64,000 nucleotides of DNA from Acidimicrobiia bacterium (lineage in GTDB: Bacteria > Actinomycetota > Acidimicrobiia > Spongiisociales > ZC4RG35), in NCBI GenBank assembly GCA_965203555.1, contig CBDBCY010000004.1, positions 1,472,001-1,536,000 on the forward strand, in the 5' to 3' direction. Under the pieces are notes generated by a model. It ran no database searches. It was not told the DNA's origin and worked only from the letters and a program-made list of their open reading frames with translations. Made by a program: the position numbers and the translations under genes. Positions 60,003 to 64,000 of the stretch are shown piece after piece. Each line of letters starts with the position of its first letter. Position 1 is the first letter of the stretch.

Positions 60003-60752
60003 ATTTCCATCGCTAACTCTGACTATTCCACCCTTATAACCTTCGACAGGGTCAGCAAGACTTTCCCCGACGGGACCCATGCGGTGGATGACGTGTCCCT
60101 CTCGGTGAAACCCGGCCAGTTCGTGACAGTGGTCGGTCCCTCCGGCTGCGGGAAGTCCACGCTGCTGCGAATGGGCTCCGGCCTCCTGCCGGTAAGTTCG
60201 GGCGAGGTACGCCGATCCGACGGGACCCTGGGATATGTTTTTCAGGACGCCACCCTCCTGCCATGGAGAACCGTGCAAAAGAACGTGGAGTTGTTCTGCG
60301 AGCTACGCGGATTCGATCGACGCGACCGACGCCAGAGAGCGGAGGACGCCATCGAACTGGTGGGATTGAGTGGGTTCAAGAAGCATTATCCCGCCGCCTT
60401 GTCGGGGGGGATGAAGATGAGAGTCTCCCTGGCCAGGTCACTTACCCTGGATCCTCCCTTGTTCTTCTTCGATGAGCCTTTCGGCGCCCTGGATGAGATA
60501 ACCCGGGAATACCTCAACACCGAATTGCTCCGCATATTCGCCCACGAGGGGTTCGGAGCGGTATTCATCACCCACAACCTGTACGAGGCGGTTTTCCTGT
60601 CCACCGACGTACTGGTGATGTCTTCCCGGCCGGGCCGCATCCTCAAGTCTTTCGAGGTCCCTTTCCCATACCCACGCGACCTGGACCTGCGCTTCGATCC
60701 GGCCTTCGCAGAGTTGACCGGCGAGGTCTCGGAAGTACTGAGGGACGAATAG
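60003..60752 (+). CDS. ABC transporter ATP-binding protein (SsuB/TauB/NitT type); start uncertain
   Basis: GPSGCGKS, FQDATLLPW, LSGGMKMR, DEPFGALD; conserved ITFDRVSKTFPDG lies upstream of the first canonical start (60084). Confidence 0.9.
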   Translation: MSIANSDYSTLITFDRVSKTFPDGTHAVDDVSLSVKPGQFVTVVGPSGCGKSTLLRMGSGLLPVSSGEVRRSDGTLGYVFQDATLLPWRTVQKNVELFCELRGFDRRDRRQRAEDAIELVGLSGFKKHYPAALSGGMKMRVSLARSLTLDPPLFFFDEPFGALDEITREYLNTELLRIFAHEGFGAVFITHNLYEAVFLSTDVLVMSSRPGRILKSFEVPFPYPRDLDLRFDPAFAELTGEVSEVLRDE

Positions 60753-61559
60753 ATGACCACCGCCCGGCACTCTCCCTCCCGTCTCCGCTCCTCCACCTAC
60801 CGGCTACTCGCCCCGGTGGTGGTATTCATGGCGGTGGTGGGCATTTGGTATGCCATCAGTCTGAGCCTTGACCCTGATCGGCAGTTCCTGCTTCCCGCTC
60901 CGCATGAGGTCGTCGATGTCGGCTTTGTCAATCAGAACAATCTGTTCCAGGTACTGGAGGGGCTGCTGTGGACGGTGGCGGTTTCCATGACGGGTTTGAT
61001 CATCGCCATCGTGCTCGGGATGACCTCCGCCATCATGATGAGTCAGGCCAAGTGGATAGAGACCTCCTTCTATCCCTACGCGGTGATCATTCAGACCGTG
61101 CCGATTCTGGCCATCGTTCCCCTGGTTGGTCTCTGGCTCGGATTCGGGTTCACCAGCCGGGTGGTCGTGTGTGTGATCATTTCCATCTTCCCGATCATCA
61201 CCAACACTCTGTTCGGTCTGCAATCGGTCCCCGCCTCGTTTCACGACCTCTTCACCCTGCACCGGGCAAACCGGCTGACCCGTCTGTTCAAGCTGCAGTT
61301 CCCCAATGCCCTTCCAGCCATTTTCACCGGGTTCCGCATTTCCGCCGGCCTGTCGGTGATCGGCGCCATAGTGGGCGAATTTTTCTTCCGAAAAGGAATA
61401 CCCGGATTGGGGAGACTGCTCGATCTCTACCGGGCGAGATTGCTCACCGAGCAACTCTTCACCGCCCTGGTGTTCTCGTCCCTGTTGGGCATCCTAGTCT
61501 TTTGGGGATTCGGATTCCTGGGCAGGTTGGCGGTGGGCAAGTGGCACGAAACCACCTGA
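60753..61559 (+). CDS. ABC transporter permease (SsuC/TauC type)
   Basis: LLPAP, QTVPILAIVPL, P.ALPAIFTG.RI, GAIVGEF. Confidence 0.92.
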   Translation: MTTARHSPSRLRSSTYRLLAPVVVFMAVVGIWYAISLSLDPDRQFLLPAPHEVVDVGFVNQNNLFQVLEGLLWTVAVSMTGLIIAIVLGMTSAIMMSQAKWIETSFYPYAVIIQTVPILAIVPLVGLWLGFGFTSRVVVCVIISIFPIITNTLFGLQSVPASFHDLFTLHRANRLTRLFKLQFPNALPAIFTGFRISAGLSVIGAIVGEFFFRKGIPGLGRLLDLYRARLLTEQLFTALVFSSLLGILVFWGFGFLGRLAVGKWHETT

Positions 61560-61637
61560 ATCCAGTGTCGGACAACCTCACATCACCCTCAAGAAAGCTA
61601 TGGAGATGACACGTTGTAAGGAAAGGAGAACCATCCA

Positions 61638-63896
61638 ATGAAAACAATGAAGGTACCGAGGTGGCTGGCCGCCTTGGCTGTGCTGGCCCTGGTGGTCGCG
61701 GCATGCGGCGACGGCGATGACGACGCCGCTCCGGAGACCACGGCCGCGCCTACGGAAACAACCGCTGCCGCTCCGGAGACCACGGCCGCGCCTACGGAAA
61801 CAACCGAGGCTGCCATGCCGGATGTGTCTCTGGCTGAGGTTTGTCCCTCCACGATCGTGGTGCAGACCGACTGGTTCCCCGAGGCCGAGCACTCGGAGTT
61901 GTACCAGTTGGCCGGCCCCGGCGGTGTGATCGATTCCACCAACGGGACCTACACCAACGAGATCGGCGACACGGGCGTGATGCTGGAGGTCCGGGCCGGC
62001 GGCCCCTACATCGGCTTCCAGAACGACATCTCGCTGCTCTACCAGGACTCCTCGATCCACTTGGCGTACACCAACACCGACGAGCAGGTGAGACTGTTCG
62101 CCACCCAACCCACCCTCGGTATCGTCGCCCCTCGCGACAAGAACCCACAAATCGTGATGTGGGACCCGGCCTTGTACTCGTTCGACAGCTTTGCGGACAT
62201 CGGCGCGTCGGGCGCCACGCTTCTCTACTTCGAGGGCGCCACTTACATCGACTTCCTGTTGGGTAAAGGCTGGGTCACCGAAGACCAGATCGACGCCTCC
62301 TACGACGGGTCCCCCGCCCGGTTCATCGCCGAAGGCAACCTGGTCCAGCAGGGATTCGCCTCCGCCGAGCCCTACCAGTACGTGCACGAGTTCGAGGACT
62401 GGGGCAAGCCGGTCGACTTCATGCTGATCCACGACTCCGGTCTGGAGATGTACCCGCAGTTGCTGGCCTCCAAGCCCGACATCATCGAGGAATACCGGGA
62501 ATGTTGGGAACTGTTCGTGCCCATGGTGCAGCAGGCCCAGGTGGACTACGCCGCCGACCCGGCCGCCACCAACGCCCAGATCGTCGAGATCGTGGCCGCG
62601 CTCGACAGCTTCTGGACCTACAGCCCCGGAGTGGCGCAGTACTCCCACGACGCCCAACTCGAGCTCGGGCTGATCGGCAACGGACCCAACGACACCATCG
62701 GCGACTTCGACATGGACCGTGTGAACGCGGTGATTGCGCTGCTCGACCCGATCTACAGCCCGCAGGGACTGGAGACCTACGACCCGAACGTGACCGCCAC
62801 CGACATCGTCACCAACGAATTCATCGATCCCAGCATCGGACTCCCCTCGATGGACATGGACATGACCATGGCCTCTCTGGCTGATGTGTGCCCGAGCACG
62901 ATCGTCGTGCAGACCGACTGGTTCCCCGAGGCCGAGCACTCGGAGTTGTACCAGTTGGCCGGCCCCGGCGGTGTGATCGATTCCACCAACGGGACCTACA
63001 CCAACGAGATCGGCGACACGGGCGTGATGCTGGAGGTCCGGGCCGGCGGCCCCTACATCGGCTTCCAGAACGACATCTCGCTGCTCTACCAGGACTCCTC
63101 GATCCACTTGGCGTACACCAACACCGACGAGCAGGTGAGACTGTTCGCCACCCAACCCACCCTCGGTATCGTGGCGCCTCGCGACAAGAACCCACAAATC
63201 GTGATGTGGGACCCTGAGGTCTACTCCTTTGAGTCCTTCGCTGATATCGGCGCGTCGGGCGCCACGCTTCTCTACTTCGAGGGCGCCACTTACATCGACT
63301 TCCTGTTGGGTAAAGGCTGGGTCACCGAAGACCAGATCGACGCCTCCTATGACGGGTCTCCCGCCCGGTTCATCGCCGAGGGCAACCTGGTCCAGCAGGG
63401 ATTCGCCTCCGCCGAGCCCTACCAGTACGTGCACGAGTTCGAGGACTGGGGCAAGCCGGTCGACTTCATGCTGATCCACGACTCCGGTCTGGAGATGTAC
63501 CCGCAGTTGCTGGCCTCCAAGCCCGACATCATCGAGGGATACCGGGAATGTTGGGAACTGTTCGTGCCCATGGTGCAGCAGGCCCAGGTGGACTACGCCG
63601 CCGACCCGGCCGCCACCAACGCCCAGATCGTCGAGATCGTGGCCGCGCTGGAGAGCTTCTGGACCTACAGCCCCGGAGTGGCGCAGTACTCTCACGACGC
63701 CCAACTCGAGCTCGGGTTGGTCAGCAACGGTCCCAACGACACCATCGGCGACTTCGACATGGACCGTGTGAACGCGGTGATTGCGCTGCTCGACCCGATC
63801 TACAGCCCGCAGGGACTGGAGACCTACGATCCGAACGTGACCGCCACCGACATCGTCACCAACGAATTCATCGATCCCAGCATCGGACTGCCGTAG
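61638..63896 (+). CDS. ABC substrate-binding lipoprotein (NMT1/THI5-like) with two tandem binding domains
   Basis: AAGGAG RBS, VAAC lipobox, ETTAAPT repeats, DWFPEAEH, QQGFASAEPY twice. Confidence 0.88.
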   Translation: MKTMKVPRWLAALAVLALVVAACGDGDDDAAPETTAAPTETTAAAPETTAAPTETTEAAMPDVSLAEVCPSTIVVQTDWFPEAEHSELYQLAGPGGVIDSTNGTYTNEIGDTGVMLEVRAGGPYIGFQNDISLLYQDSSIHLAYTNTDEQVRLFATQPTLGIVAPRDKNPQIVMWDPALYSFDSFADIGASGATLLYFEGATYIDFLLGKGWVTEDQIDASYDGSPARFIAEGNLVQQGFASAEPYQYVHEFEDWGKPVDFMLIHDSGLEMYPQLLASKPDIIEEYRECWELFVPMVQQAQVDYAADPAATNAQIVEIVAALDSFWTYSPGVAQYSHDAQLELGLIGNGPNDTIGDFDMDRVNAVIALLDPIYSPQGLETYDPNVTATDIVTNEFIDPSIGLPSMDMDMTMASLADVCPSTIVVQTDWFPEAEHSELYQLAGPGGVIDSTNGTYTNEIGDTGVMLEVRAGGPYIGFQNDISLLYQDSSIHLAYTNTDEQVRLFATQPTLGIVAPRDKNPQIVMWDPEVYSFESFADIGASGATLLYFEGATYIDFLLGKGWVTEDQIDASYDGSPARFIAEGNLVQQGFASAEPYQYVHEFEDWGKPVDFMLIHDSGLEMYPQLLASKPDIIEGYRECWELFVPMVQQAQVDYAADPAATNAQIVEIVAALESFWTYSPGVAQYSHDAQLELGLVSNGPNDTIGDFDMDRVNAVIALLDPIYSPQGLETYDPNVTATDIVTNEFIDPSIGLP
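61827..63889 (+). repeat. Intragenic direct duplication, 1047-bp period
   Basis: 61827-62842 and 62874-63889 are nearly identical. Confidence 0.97.
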
Positions 63897-63920
63897 CCGG
63901 GAACGAGAGACCGCATGCAG

Positions 63921-63952
63921 AGAAGGGGCTCCATCCGGAGCCCCTTCTTCTT
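63921..63952 (+). terminator. Intrinsic terminator
   Basis: AGAAGGGGCTCC-ATCC-GGAGCCCCTTCT followed by TCTT. Confidence 0.8.
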
Positions 63953-64000
63953 GGTTCAACAGGTTTCAGACAGCGGCTGGATCAACCGTTCCTCGAGTCA

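Noticed and set aside
61827-63889. Diversity-generating retroelement TR/VR pair (also considered for 19278-19935 and 20333-21067)
   Set aside because: Differences are not adenine-specific, repeats are whole in-frame domains, and there is no reverse transcriptase
61578-63959. 793-aa minus-strand ORF
   Set aside because: Antisense shadow of the duplicated lipoprotein

Overview
GC-rich bacterial chromosomal window, probably from an actinobacterium. Acidimicrobiia-like is an inference from CofC, Ku, apparently leaderless genes and Thr/Ala-rich-linker lipoproteins; the Calx-beta repeat protein hints at a host- or sponge-associated lifestyle. Layout: (1) 1-11.3 kb is housekeeping (YqeY, Ku, inverted lysA, hom-thrC-rho-rpmE-DUF1385-prfA-prmC-tsaC). 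(2) 11.3-22.2 kb is an accessory island. It holds a protamine-like GIY-YIG protein and a DUF222-HNH nuclease, divergent and each with a PafBC-type promoter motif; a ~1.1 kb highly structured non-coding region with a mutually exclusive RBS-masking switch and an aberrant tRNA(Trp)-like element; a 1685-aa Calx-beta-like surface protein split by an IS21 element (4-bp TSD); and decayed phage-type gene fragments. (3) 22-36 kb has mixed metabolic and envelope genes, a DUF433 antitoxin with a truncated PIN toxin, tandem LCP genes and a PurL lacking its catalytic His. (4) 36-64 kb has catabolic and ABC clusters interrupted by an AlbA_2/ATPase gene and by a 95-bp repeat array + AAA ATPase + PD-(D/E)XK nuclease pair, and ends in an internally duplicated substrate-binding lipoprotein. 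No rRNA or CRISPR array was seen. All calls come from motif recognition by eye; no database searches or folding were run.
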